NCBI RefSeq assembly: GCF_006345805.1
Contig: NC_043019.1
Coordinates: 26,845,360 to 26,909,359 of the forward strand
Origin: Octopus sinensis
Taxonomy: Eukaryota
Length of the DNA stretch: 64,000 nt
Reading direction: 5' to 3'
Shown: piece by piece, positions 1 to 28,594 of the stretch
Position numbering within the stretch: position 1 is the first letter of the stretch
How the letters are laid out: each line of letters opens with the position of its first letter
The notes under the pieces: model-generated
The model's database searches: none
Seen by the model: only the letters and a program-made list of their open reading frames with translations
What the model was told of the DNA's origin: nothing
Position numbers and translations under genes: made by a program

Positions 1-1809
1 GATGAAGGAGAAAGAGAAGTAGGAGTAGGGAAAGAAGAAGAAGAAGAAGGAGAAAGAAAAGAAAAATACAGGAGTGCTGTGACATAGTAAATTGTTCGTG
101 GAGCCTTCTTTAATGCTCAAATGACCTAAAAGAGACCTGTTGTGGTTGTAGCAGTAGTGATTAGAATTGTTCTAAATTGTTGTAGTAGTTTCATTTGTGA
201 TGGGATTCAAAATAGGTTTCTATTTTGTGATCAATTAAAAGGTGACAGTTGCAAAAAAATCCAGTAGCAAGCAATGATGTCTCAATAAAACCACACAATC
301 AAGTGCTCAAGTGGTTTCACTTGAGTCGAATTGGTTTAAGTGGCCCCAACAGTCAAAGGTACTTGTGCCAACATGCCTTATATGCACAGAGATATGCATA
401 TATACATGCATCTCACACAAGTGCTGCAATCTGATAAGTATATATGCACGGTAATACACACACAAACATATAGGGCAGTTCTGAAAATTCCCAGCTTCAA
501 GGTTATTGCGAAAGACCTGGTTGGAGGCCCAACCTTCTGAGTTCTTTTACAAGGTTTAGAAAAACTGAAGGACCACTGCAATAAGTGTGTAAATCTGAGA
601 GAGGAATCATCATCATCATTTAATGTCTGCTTTCCATGCTGGCATGGGTTGGACGGTTTGACTGACGATTGGCAAGCCAAGAGGCTGAGCTGGGCTCCAA
701 TCTATTCTGGCTGGGTTTCTACAGCTGGATGCCCTTCCTAACACCAACCACTCCAACATTTTATGTGCCACCGGCATAAGGGCCAATCAGGTAGCACTGT
801 CAGTGACTTCGCTCAAATAGTGCTTTTTATGTGCCACCGAAATGGGAGCTAGTCAAGTGGCACTAGCACCAGAATGATGCTTTTTAGGTGCCACTGGCAT
901 AGGAGCCAGTCAAGTGGCACTGGCAACAACCACGCTTAAATGGTGCTTTTTACATGCCACTGGCATTGGTCACACTCAAATGGTGCTTTTTATGTACCAC
1001 TGGCATGGGTGCCAATCAGGAGGCATGAGGCATCAGCCACAACAACAATTTCACCTCTGAATGCACTCAAATATGTTAAATGAAATCATAATCAACAGAT
1101 CTTGCTGTATTTTCTTTTATTCAAAGCCAGGAACTTTTCAAGCACCACGCCCTGCCTCATACATTCTGTTAAAGAAGTCAGTTGTCCTGCTGAGTGAATA
1201 TCTCTTTGAAAGTCAAAGAGAAAGGAGAACTATGGACAACAGCTTCAAGACATCCAGTTTCTATATCCAGATTATAAATTCATATTTATGAATTGCCGGT
1301 GGCACATAAAAAGCACCATCCGATCGTGGCCGTTGCCAGCCTCACCTGGCCCCCGTGCCGGTGGCACATAAAAAGCACCATCCGTCCGTGGCCATTTGCC
1401 AGCTCCGTCTGGCACCTGTGCGGGTGGCACGTAAAAAGCACCCACAACACTCATGGAGTGGTTGGCATTAGGAAGTGCATCCAGCCGTAGAAACACTGCC
1501 AGATCAGACTGGGCCTGATGCAGCCTTCTGGCTTCACAGACCCCAGTTGAACCGTCCAACCCATGCTAGCATGGAAAACGGACGCTAAATGATGATGATG
1601 ATGATTTGCAGCGTGGAAGGTGTTTATAAGCCATTTAAGAAACACACAAAAACCGTTAGATTTACTTCAACAATTAAATTTAATTTGCCAAAATATTTTC
1701 ATCGCTTTGAGATTGTGACTTGTTCACTGACAAAATTCTGTGCTAGCACAGAAGAAGAATTCAAATACTTAAAAGCAAAAGATATATACATACATAATTC
1801 ACATTTATA

Positions 1810-1980
1810 TCTATAATAATTGGTGCACTTGGTTTTTGTGGGTAAATACCTAAGTGAAAGTCTGGATAAACTAGGGTTTTCAGAAAAAGAAATCAACCAA
1901 CTCACTTGTGCATTACAAATAGAATTTGTAAGGGGAACAGTAAAAGTATGCAAGACTTTTCTCAAATTTAAGATTTGTTG
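1810..1980 (+). mobile_element. C-terminal remnant of an RLE-type non-LTR retrotransposon (R4/Dong/NeSL-like)
   Basis: IIIGALGF/VGKYLSESLDKLGFSEKEINQLTCALQIEFVRGTVKVCKTFLKF* with one frameshift; resembles the xxIGALG...GTxxIxRxxL terminus of RLE LINEs. Confidence 0.55.
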
Positions 1981-2712
1981 AATATAGGTGGATATAGGCA
2001 CAGGAATGGCAGTGTGGTAACTAGCTTGCTACCAACCACATGGTTCGGGTTCAGTCTCACTGCGTGGCACCTTGGGCAAGTGTCTTCTACTAAAGCCTTG
2101 GGGTGACCAAAGCCTTGTGAGTGGATTTGGTAGATGGAAACTGAAAGAAGCCTGTCGTATATATAAATGTGTGTGTGTGTTTATGTTTGTCCCCCCACCA
2201 TTGCTTGATAACTGATGTTGGTGTGTCTACGTCCCTGTAACTTAGTAATTCAGCAAAAGAGACCGATAGAATAAGTACTAGGCTTACAAAGAATAAGTCC
2301 AGGGGTCGATTTGTTCGACTAGAGGCGGTGCTCCAGCATGGCAGCAGTCAAATGAATGAAAGAAATGTTTCTGTTATCTACATTCCAAAGATGGAGCTTT
2401 GTATCTTTGTTAGAAACCAGCTGCTTTAAATCATTCAAAACAGAAGAGAGCACCCGTCCATCCATCCATCCATCCATCCATACACACACACACACACACA
2501 CATACACCACACACATACATACACACACATACATACATACACACACATACATACACATACACACATACACATACACACACATACATACACACACACATCC
2601 ACATACATACATACACACATACATACACACATACATACATCCACACATAACATACACATTTTCAATGAGATTTTAGTGAAGCCCACAGTCAGGTCTTTAC
2701 GTTGATATTTAC

Positions 2713-17663
<14,951 letters not shown>

Positions 17664-18239
17664 GGTTACTGCCGCTTATATTGCTACTGTTGTTGTTGTT
17701 GTTGTAGCAGTTGGAGAACAAATTCTAACTGAATTCTTCTGAATGGTCCCTACCAGGGAAGAGGTGTCCCGGTAGAATGGTCAAAGCTTTGCAGTAAATC
17801 TTGTGCCTCCTAGAACCAGGTAGACTGATGTGTTGTGGCGTTTATGCCTCAGCCTTTTTGCAACTCTGATGGTGATGCTGACAATGTGACTATTTGGCTC
17901 TGACCAGGAATTGAAACTCGGTTCACCAAATCAGAATATAGATACCCTTTACTCTCTATTATAAGAGCCTTTGTTCAGATCCTTCTAAAATTAGTCTGAA
18001 GTAGTATTGGGGAAAAAAAAAAAAAAAGAAGGGCATAGAAACTATATCCCTTTCTTCTTTTTTTTTTTTTTTTTTATCTATTTTGGTTCAGTCGCTGTAT
18101 CTTCTGGCGCTGTTTCTTTCATGTGCATATATCGAATATACAAATTCTTGATAATTTTAAAATATTCACCGGGAATTCCTGAAAGTAAAAAATGAAAATA
18201 CAATATAAATTCAAGCATTTAAATCCCCCTCCTACTCCT

Positions 18240-18415
18240 CCTCATCATCATCGTCATCATCATCATCGCCATCATCGTCACCGTCGTCGTCGTCATCATC
18301 ATCATCGCCATCATCATCGTCATCGTCATCATCATCATCGCCGTCATCGTCCTCGTCATCATCATCATCGCCATCATCATCGCCGTCGTCGTCCTCGTCA
18401 TCATCATCATCATCA

Positions 18416-18461
<46 letters not shown>
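18240..18461. repeat. Compound (CAT/CGT)n-(TAT)n microsatellite
   Basis: Seen directly. Confidence 0.95.
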
Positions 18462-18464
<3 letters not shown>

Positions 18465-18660
18465 GGCAGTGAGCTGGCAGAATTGTTAGCATGACAGGCA
18501 AAATGCTTAGAGGTATTTTGTCTGTCTTTAGTTTCTGAGTTCAAATCCCACCGAAGTTGACTTTGCCTTTCATCTTTATGGGGGGTCAATAAAACAAGTC
18601 GATGTAATCAGTTTTACTCCTCCCCCGAAATTACTACCAAAATTTGAAACCATTATTACT
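18462..18660 (+). mobile_element. tRNA-derived SINE family C with (ATT)n tail, representative copy; others at about 18838, 28217, 28462, 34254, 48256, 53075-53690 and 53715
   Basis: AAGGC(A/G)G(T/C)GAGCTGGCAGAA...GAGTTCAAAT(T/C)CC...GACTTTGCCTTTCATC. Confidence 0.85.
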
Positions 18661-19802
18661 ATAATGATTATTATGGCGGCAAGCTGGAAGAATCATTGGC
18701 ACACTGAGTAGAATTTTGCCGATCACTATGTTCTGAGTTCAAATTCCACCGAGGGTCCATGTAATTGACCCTTCCCCTCCCCCAAAATGGCTACCCTTGT
18801 GGCAAAATTTGAAACCATTATTATCATTATGATTATTAAGGCAGCAAGCTGGCAGAATCGTTAGCACATCCGGACGAAATGCTTAGCAGTATCTCGTCTG
18901 CCACTACATTCTGAGTTCAAATTCCACCAAGGTCAATTTTGCCTTTCATCCTTTCAGGGTCAATAAATTAAGTACCTGTGAAACACTGGGGTCAATTTAA
19001 TCGACTAGTCCCCTCCCCACAAATCTGAGGCCTTGTGCCTCCAGTAGAAAGGATTATTATTATTACTATTATTATTATTATTATTATTAAATAATTAATA
19101 GCAATAGAAGCAGTATCAAAAACCAAAACGTAATACTTATTCCCATTAAAATAATTGTTGTGTTAGAACACAGGATACTGTTTTGTTTACCACGAGAGAA
19201 CTTCTCAAATGGGCTCTTGGTGCACATAAGCACTCACGTTTATATCTCAAGCAGGAGATAATTGTCTGCTACCACTGCAGGAACTAACAGATCATGTGAT
19301 TTCCCCTTCCCTAGGCTGTGTCAATGGTAGACAATCGCAGGTGGAGATAGCAACCGATTCTCAGTATCCCTGTTGGGGTTGATGAAATAAGCACCGTTTG
19401 AGCACTGGGATCAATGTAATTAACTTAACCCTGCCCCTGAAATTGCTGGCCTTGTGCCAAAATTTGAAATTAATATTTGCTTAATTTAGAGGTGACCATC
19501 CTTGCTTTGGAAAAAAAATAAGTAACTCAGAAAGGTTTTTGGTATGAAAGTTCCTGAAAATTGCTATTGTATCTATATGAGTGCAGAACCATTTATAAGC
19601 TGCATCAATTTACAAGCAGGAACTTCAAATTCCCACAGCTGCCAGACTAGTTTATTGAGCAGCTCTGTTTCATGGCACTTGCACAAAGCTATTAATAAGT
19701 CTCTATCACAATCATCGTTTCACACCTGTTTTCCAAGCTGCCAGGGGTTACCTGTATTTCATTTAATTACCTGGATAAATTTGATAATAGTTTAATCTAG
19801 AG

Positions 19803-22800
19803 AAGTGGTTCTCAACCAGGGTCTGTATGGCCCCTGGGGGTCTATATAAGGTTTTTAGGGGTCCACGCAACAAAATAATAAATTGGGGATCCATAATAGT
19901 ATTTTAAGGGCCCCTGAACAAATTTTACTTTAGATGCATTGATAAGTATTGCAAAAAAAAAAAAAACTAAACAGCTGGGTTTCTTTCTGACATTTTACAT
20001 TGTTCAACCTACAAAGGTTAATGTGTGGAAAACAAAATAGGAATTTTGAAAGGAGTTTGTAGAAAACTGGCTTTTAGACATTGAATGGCTATGGGGGTTA
20101 CCAGAATAAAATAGCAATCAAAGGGGTCCATAGATAAAGAATGGTTGAGAACCCCTGCTTTAGACATATGTATTGTTACGTTTTGCGAGAAACAGCTAGG
20201 GTTCTTTCTCCAACATTTTACATAGTTCAACCTACAGAAGTCAATGTGTGAAAAACAAAATAGGAATTCTGAAAGAAGTTTAGAATGGCTATGGGAGTCC
20301 ACCAGAATAAAATAGCAATCAAAGGGGTCCATAGATAAAAGAATGGTTGAGAACCCCTGCTTTGGATGTATGTATTGTTATGTTTTGCGAGAAACAGCTA
20401 GGGTTCTTTCTCCAACATTTTACATTGTTCAACCTACAGAAGTTCAATGTGTGAAAAACAAAATAGGAATTCTGAAGAAGTTTAGAATGGCTATGGGAGT
20501 CCACCAGAATAAAATAGCAATCAAAGGGGTCCATAGATAAAAGAATGGTTGAGAACCCCTGCTTTAGATGTATGTATTGGTATGTTTTGCACGAACCGGC
20601 TAGGTTTCTTTTTCTCACATTTTACATTGTTCAACCTACAGAAGTTAATGTGTGAAAAACAAAATAGGAATTCTGAAAGAAGTTTAGAATGGCTATGGGA
20701 GTCCACCAGAATAAAATAGCAATCAAAGGGGTCCATAGATAAAAGAATGGTTGAGAACCCCTGCTTTGGATGTATGTATTGGGATGTTTTGCACGGAACG
20801 GCTAGGTTTCTTTTTCTCACATTTTACATTGTTCAACCTACAGAAGTTAATGTGTGAAAAACAAAATAGGAATTCTGAAAGAAGTTTAGAATGGCTATGG
20901 GAGTCCACCAGAATAAAATAGCAATCAAAGGGGTCCATAGATAAAAGAATGGTTGAGAACCCCTGCTTTGGATGTATGTATTGGGATGTTTTGCACGGAA
21001 CGGCTAGGTTTCTTTTTCTCACATTTTACATTGTTCAACCTACAGAAGTTAATGAGTGAAAAACAAAATAGGAATTCTGAAAGAAGTTTAGAATGGCTAT
21101 GGGAGTCCACCAGAATAAAATAGCAATCAAAGGGGTCCATAGATAAAAGAATGGTTGAGAACCCCTGCTTTGGATGTATGTATTGTTATGTTTTGCGAGA
21201 AACAGCTAGGGTTCTTTCTCCAACATTTTACATAGTTCAACCTACAGAAGTCAATGTGTGAAAAACAAAATAGGAATTCTGAAAGAAGTTTAGAATGGCT
21301 ATGGGAGTCCACCAGAATAAAATAGCAATCAAAGGGGTCCATAGATAAAAGAATGGTTGAGAACCCCTGCTTTGGATGTATGTATTGGGATGTTTTGCAC
21401 GGAACGGCTAGGTTTCTTTTTCACACATTTTACATGTTCAACCTACAGAAGTTAATGTGTGAAAAACAAAATAGGAATCTGAAAGAAGTTTAGAATGGCT
21501 ATGGAGTCCACCAGAATAAAATAGCAATCAAAGGGGTCCATAGATAAAAGAATGGTTGAGAACCCCTGCTTTAGATGTATTATTGGTATGTTTTGCACGA
21601 ACCGGCTAGGTTTCTTTTTCTCACATTTTACATGTTCAACCTACAGAAGTTAATGTGTGAAAAACAAAATAGGAATTCTGAAAGAAGTTTAGAATGGCTA
21701 TGGGAGTCCCCAGAAGAATAAAATAGCAATCAAAGGGGTCCATAGATAAAAGAATGGTTGAGAACCCCTGCTTTGATGATGTATGGATTTTGGGATGTTT
21801 TGCACGGATCGGCTAGGTTTCTTTTTCACACATTTTACATTGTTCAACCTACAGAAGTTAATGTGTGAAAAACAAAATAGGAATTCTGAAAGAAGTTTAG
21901 AATGGCTATGGGAGTCCACCAGAATAAAATAGCAATCAAAGGGGTCCATAGATAAAAGAATGGTTGAGAACCCCTGCTTTAGATGTATGTATTGGTATGT
22001 TTTGCACGAACCGGCTAGGTTTCTTTTTCTCACATTTTACATTGTTCAACCTACAGAAGTTAATGTGTGAAAAACAAAATAGGAATTCTGAAAGAAGTTT
22101 AGAATGGCTATGGGAGTCCACCAGAATAAAATAGCAATCAAAGGGGTCCATAGATAAAAGAATGGTTGAGAACCCCTGCTTTAGATGTATGTATGGTATG
22201 TTTTGCACGAACCGCTATGTTTCTTTTTCTCACATTTTACATTGTTCAACCTACAGAAGTTAATGTGTGAAAAACAAAATGGAATTCTGAAAGAAGTTTA
22301 GAATGGCTATGGGAGTCCACCAGAATAAAATAGCAATCAAAGGGGTCCATAGATAAAGAATGGTTGAGAACCCCTGCTTTGGATGTATGTATTGGGATGT
22401 TTTGGCACGGAACGGCTAGTTTCTTTTTTCTCACATTTTACATTGTTCAACCTACAGAAGTTAATGTGTGAAAAACAAAATAGGAATTCTGAAAGAAGTT
22501 TAGAATGGCTATGGGAGTCCACCAGAATAAAATAGCAATCAAAGGGGTCCATAGATAAAAGAATGGTTGAGAACCCCTGCTTTGGATGTATGTATTGGGA
22601 TGTTTTGCACGGAACGGCTAGGTTTCTTTTTCACACATTTTACATTGTTCAACCTACAGAAGTTAATGTGTGAAAAACAAAATAGGAATTCTGAAAGAAG
22701 TTTAGAATGGCTATGGGAGTCCACCAGAATAAAATAGCAATCAAAGGGGTCCATAGATAAAAGAATGGTTGAGAACCCCTGCTTTAGATGTATGTATTGG

Positions 22801-23797
22801 TAGTTTTTTGCACCGAACCGGCTAGGTTTCTTTTTCTCACATTTTACATTGTTCAACCTACAGAAGTTAATGTGTGAAAAACAAAATAGGAATTCTGAAA
22901 GAAGTTTAGAATGGCTATGGGAGTCCACCAGAATAAAATAGCAATCAAAGGGGTCCATAGATAAAAGAATGGTTGAGAACCCCTGCTTTGGATGTATGTA
23001 TTGGGATGTTTTGCATGGAACGGCTAGGTTTCTTTTTCACACATTTTACATTGTTCAACCTACAGAAGTTAATGTGTGAAAAACAAAATAGGAATTCTGA
23101 AAGAAGTTTAGAATGGCTATGGGAGTCCACCAGAAATAAATAGCATCAAAGGGGTCCATAGATAAAAGAATGGTTGAGAACCCCTGCTTTAGATGTATTA
23201 TTGGTATGTTTTGCACGAACCGGCTAGGTTTCTTTTTCTCACAATTTTACATTGTTCAACCTACAGAAGTTAATGTGTGAAAAAAAAATAGGAATTCTGA
23301 AAGAAGTTAGAATGGCTATGGGAGTCCACCAGAATAAAATAGCAATCAAAGGGGTCCATAGATAAAAGAATGGTTGAGAACCCCTGCTTTAGATGTATGT
23401 ATTGGTATGTTTTGCACGGACGGCTAGGTTTCTTTTTCACATATTTTACATTGTTCAACCTACAGAAGTTAATGTGTGAAAAACAAAATAGGAATTCTGA
23501 AAGAAGTTTAGAATGGCTATGGGAGTCCACCAGAATAAAATAGCAATCAAAGGGGTCCATAGATAAAAGAATGGTTGAGAACCCCTGCTTTAGATGTATG
23601 TATTGGTATGTTTTGCACGGAACGGCTAGGTTTCTTTTTCACATATTTTACATTGTTCAACCTACACAAGGTAATGTGTGAAAAACAAAATAGGAATTCT
23701 GAAAGAAGTTTTCAAACATTCAAATGGCTATGAGGGCCCACCAAAATAAAATAGCAATCAAAGGGGTTTTTAGATACAAAATGGTTGAGAACCCCTG
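19803..23797 (+). mobile_element. hAT (Charlie-like) MITE whose right-hand 202 bp, including the TIR, is amplified into a 19-unit satellite
   Basis: Left TIR AAGTGGTTCTCAACC at 19803-19817. Right TIR GGTTGAGAACCCCTG occurs 19 times (20143 to 23783, period about 202). 8-bp TSD ATCTAGAG (19795) / ATCTAGAT (23798) fits the NTCTAGAN target preference of Charlie-type hAT elements. Confidence 0.88.
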
Positions 23798-24649
23798 ATC
23801 TAGATTGTGACCATCCCCTTTTGTTCGGTCGAATCAATAACCCAGGAAGGCTCTGGAACCAGAGGTTTTGGAAAATCAATGCCGTGCATGTGTGTTTCGT
23901 AGGGTATATAACGACAATTAGGATATGATACATTGTACAAAAGCCACAAAATGTATATTATGACTAGAAAACAGTATTACGTGCTAGAGAAAGTACCCTG
24001 CTTACCTGGTTGTATCACCCACACACAAACACACAACAAGGTAATAGGGTAAACTGACCCAGATAGTAGCAGAATTAGAAAAAGTCCAGACAGGTCAGTG
24101 GTGAGTGGATTGTCAGTAAATTATAGTAGTGTTAGCAGGCACTAAACAGAATTAGTCTGTTTACCCTCCACGCTAGGTTTTGTTTGCATCAACTATTGGT
24201 AAACAAAACAGCAGGTTTACAGAACTCTGTGTGTGTGTGTGCGTGTGTGTGTGTATGTGTGTTTGCATGTGGGTGTGTCACGTGTGTTGAGTATGTATGT
24301 GTCTGCGAATGGTTGGCTTGTGTGTAAGTGTGTTTGCTGGTTTGTGTTCATGTGCATGTGTGTGTGTGAATGACTGTTTATGTGTGTGTGCGTGTGTGTG
24401 TGAATATGTTCGTGTGTACAGTGTTGTGTATGTAAGTGTGCTGTGTTCTGTTGCGTGTGTGTGTGTATGAGTTGGTCAGTGTGTGTGATTATGTGTGTTG
24501 ACTTGTGAGCTTCAGGAGGAGTGGTTGTGTGTGTTGATTATACGAGTGTACGGGTGTGCATTATGCTGTTAGATAAACATATATATTCTTTTACTGGGTT
24601 CATTCATTGGACAGCGACCATGCTGTAGCACTGACTCCAAAGGTTTGCT

Positions 24650-24805
24650 CAATCCTTACATATATACATACCTATCTATATATACATATACATATAGAAA
24701 CATATATCTATATATACATACATATACACACATATATATATATACATATATATGCATATATATATACACATATATATACATTTATATATATACATATATA
24801 CATAC

Positions 24806-24882
<77 letters not shown>

Positions 24883-24959
24883 CATATATATATAATATAT
24901 ACATATATATATTATATATATATATATATATACATATATATATACATATATATATATAC

Positions 24960-24998
<39 letters not shown>

Positions 24999-25022
24999 AA
25001 CATATACATACATATATACACA

Positions 25023-25070
<48 letters not shown>

Positions 25071-25135
25071 ATACATATATACATACACAGATATACATAT
25101 ATTAGATACACACATATTTATGTGTGTGTGTGTAC
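24650..25135. repeat. Long (TA)n/(TACA)n microsatellite; a degenerate (GT)n tract lies at about 24225-24560
   Basis: Seen directly. Confidence 0.95.
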
Positions 25136-25790
25136 AAAAACATTATGGTTAAATCACCATCATCTTAACGTCCACTTTTCCATGTTTGCATGTATCAGAC
25201 GAAATTCTTTGAGGCGAATTTCCTGCGGCTGAATGGTCTTTCTTGTGGCAACCTCCAATTGCTTCCAAACCTGGTAATGTTCCCCCCCACCCAAGTCCTT
25301 CAAACACGACTGCACAATGGCTGGCCCAGTTTCCACAGAGGATTTCGAAGGAACAACACCGCCAGCGTAACAGAGACATTTGTTTTGTGATCAGCATGCG
25401 ATGTCAAGACAAGGTGACACACACACACACAGTGAGTAAAATGTGGTACAAGAGGATGACGAAGGAAAACACAGGAAACAGGGTAAAAAAAAAACACAAA
25501 GGACAAGGACACACCCCTTGTCCATTGTCACCAATAATCATCACAATTTCAGTCCCTGATGAATACACACACACACTCACACACACATACACAACATAGA
25601 CAATAATTTCTTACAGTTTCCATCTATCATGTGCACTCCCAATGTTTTCTATTACAGCCCACTCCTGGCATTAAAAAAAGAAAAGACTTGCCCAAGGTAG
25701 AGTGTGGTGAGACTGATTCTTATACTATATAAATACAAACCAAACTTCTTAAACACACAGCCACGCCTACACCTCTCTCCGTGTATATAT

Positions 25791-25823
<33 letters not shown>

Positions 25824-25914
25824 ATATATATATGTATATATGGAAAGAAAAGTCAAGATAGAAAATACTAAAATAATTTTATAAAAAACATTTCAGTATA
25901 TATATATATGTATG

Positions 25915-25985
<71 letters not shown>

Positions 25986-26067
25986 ATATATATATAGATA
26001 CACACACACACATCAACAGATGAATAACCGTACTTATGTAAGTGTGTGTTTTGGTATATATAAGTTT

Positions 26068-26114
<47 letters not shown>

Positions 26115-26206
26115 AAAGTAAATAAAAATAAATGAATATAAATAAATATAAATATATAAGTAAATATAAATAAATGAATATGAATATATATATATTAAAT
26201 TGTTAG

Positions 26207-26261
<55 letters not shown>

Positions 26262-26609
26262 TTAAATGTTATGTCATGTCTTGTATTGAAAAGTAATCAA
26301 CCGATGTTGGTCAATTTGTTTGTTTGTTTGTTGATCAAAAGCTTTCTCCATTTTCTGATTATCTAAATTCGATTCCTGATAAACTTTTGTTTATTCTGTT
26401 GTTACCTGAACTCTGTGAGCATAGTGTAACCTGCATAGGCATGCCCAGGGACAGCATAGGTAATTGATACCGATAAGAACAACAGATACTATTATCCATT
26501 AGACGGTTATTATAACCGCTAACTTTACTTAGCTTTAAAGATATATATACATATATAAAGTAAATATAAACAAATAAATAAAACTACATATATATATATA
26601 TACATAATA

Positions 26610-26804
26610 TTATTTAAAATTATAATTTAGGGTATCTAAGAGACACCACCATGCAGGAAATAGCAGTCAAAACTTGACTCTAAAACCACATTAAAACTTG
26701 ACTCAAAACTTGACCACATTTAATGTGGTTTTAGAGTCAAGTTTTGACTGCTATTTCCAGTGCAGTGGTGTCTCTTAGATACCCTAAATTATAATTTTAA
26801 ATAA
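26610..26804. repeat. Near-perfect inverted repeat, 86-bp arms with a 23-nt spacer
   Basis: 26610-26695 is the reverse complement of 26719-26804 apart from one 6-nt internal mismatch block. Confidence 0.92.
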
Positions 26805-28431
26805 TTATTACGTTTGAAAGTTTTTTATTCCTATGCTGGCCACCTGATAAGATCAGTATTTTAAATATCAATCTTATCTTTATTTATATATAATATATAT
26901 ATATATATATATCATCATATATATATATATAAGTAAATATAAATAAGTAAATATAAATATATAAATAGATATATACACACACGCATATATACACGTATAT
27001 ATATACAGATATAAGTATAAATAAATCAACATAGGTAGTTATGTATTTAAGCATAAACATAAAGACATAAACAAACCCACACACACATAACTATAGTGAA
27101 AAACAAAACATGCAATTAATCTCAATTATATAACAATGATAATAAACTATACCGAATCTTTGATGCTTCAAGTTATCATTGTCATGTTATCATGGCCTGT
27201 AATATCAGTGATGAAGTAGTAGTGATTCTACAGAAGTTGTAAGTAGAGAGGACTCTGGAGTTTGTCTGAAGTGTTTGCATTATCGTCTGATACTGATGAA
27301 TGAAGCGGGCGATGTAGAACTGAGCGCTGTGCAGTGAATGTCTCAGTTGATGCAATAATACACAGTGTTATGAAATAGCTGAAAATACGATGATGTCACT
27401 GCTAATGGGTGTGATGAAATAGTGACCGAGTATGATGAAATAGAGCATGAATGAGCTTGTAACAGATTAAATATGGTGACCCACAAACTGACAAATACCA
27501 GAAGATCCCTCAACTATGAATGGAATTCCTTACTCTAGGCTTTTTATGTTCTACCTTTTTATTAATGACAAGATAAATTAGGGTTTGTGTCTCTATATCG
27601 GTACTGCATTTAAGGGACTATCAGACATGCACCAAATGTCATCATTATCATCATTATCATCATTTAATGTCTGTTTTCCATGCTGGCATGGGTTGGACAG
27701 ATTGACTGAAAACTGGTAAGCTGGGGTGCTGCCCCAGGTTCCAATCTGGTTTGGCATAGTTTCTACAGCTGGATGTCCTTCCTGACACCAACCACTCCAA
27801 GAGTGTAGTGGGTGCTTTTTACGTGCCACCAGCACGGGTGCCACTTACAGAGTATTGGCATTGGCCATGACTACGATGTCACTTAGCTTGACAGATATTC
27901 TCAAGCACGGTATATTCTTTTCTACTCTAGGCACAAGACCCAAAATTTTGGGGGATGGGGCCAGTCAATTAGTTCTTAATTTATCGACCCTGAAAAATGA
28001 AAGGCAAAGTCGACCTTGGCGGAATTTGAACTCAGACAAAATACTGTTAAGCATTTCATCCCACGTCCCCGTAACTTAGCAGTTCGGCAAAAAGAGACCG
28101 ATAGAAGAAGTACTAGGCTTACAAAGAATAAGTCCTAGGGTTGATTTGCTCAACTAAAGGTGGTGCTCCAGCATGGCCGCAGTCAAATGACTGGAACAAA
28201 TAAAAGAAAAAAAACAAAGGTGGCAAGCTGGCAGAATTGTTAGCACACTGGATGAAATGCTTAGCAGTATTTCACCCACTGCTACATTCTGAGTTCAAAT
28301 TCTGCCAAGGTTGACTTTGCCTTTTATCCTTTTGGGGTCAATGAATTAAGTACCAGTGAAACACTGGGATCAATCGTAATCGGCTTATCCCCTCCCCCAA
28401 AATTTCAGGCCTTGTGCTCATAGTAGACAGG

Positions 28432-28463
<32 letters not shown>

Positions 28464-28594
28464 GGTGGTGAGCTGGCAGAATCATTAACATACCAGGCAA
28501 AATTCTTAGCAGCATTCCATCTGTCTTTGTGTTCTGAGTTCAATTTCCACCGAAGTTGCTTTTGTTTTTCATAAGCTTGAAATCAATACAATAG

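Noticed and set aside
1699-2001. 100-aa minus-strand ORF as a GTPBP1 exon
   Set aside because: No similarity to GTPBP1; it is the antisense of an RLE-LINE remnant plus repeat sequence.
1-2712. Next GTPBP1 exon (expected about MCPIFQxSNVTG, phase 2)
   Set aside because: I could not find it on the minus strand of this interval; it presumably lies beyond the window start.
19928-23797. CRISPR-like array or repeated protein-coding ORFs (MDPFDCYFILVDSHSH...)
   Set aside because: The units are wholly repeated with no unique spacers and the context is eukaryotic. The ORFs are by-products of a 202-bp MITE-derived satellite and break at indels.
24607-25232. Long YI/HT/CV/LS-rich ORFs here and at about 2.3-2.7, 15.7, 18.2, 50.2-50.8 and 60.4-63.5 kb
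   Set aside because: These are translations of simple-sequence repeats.
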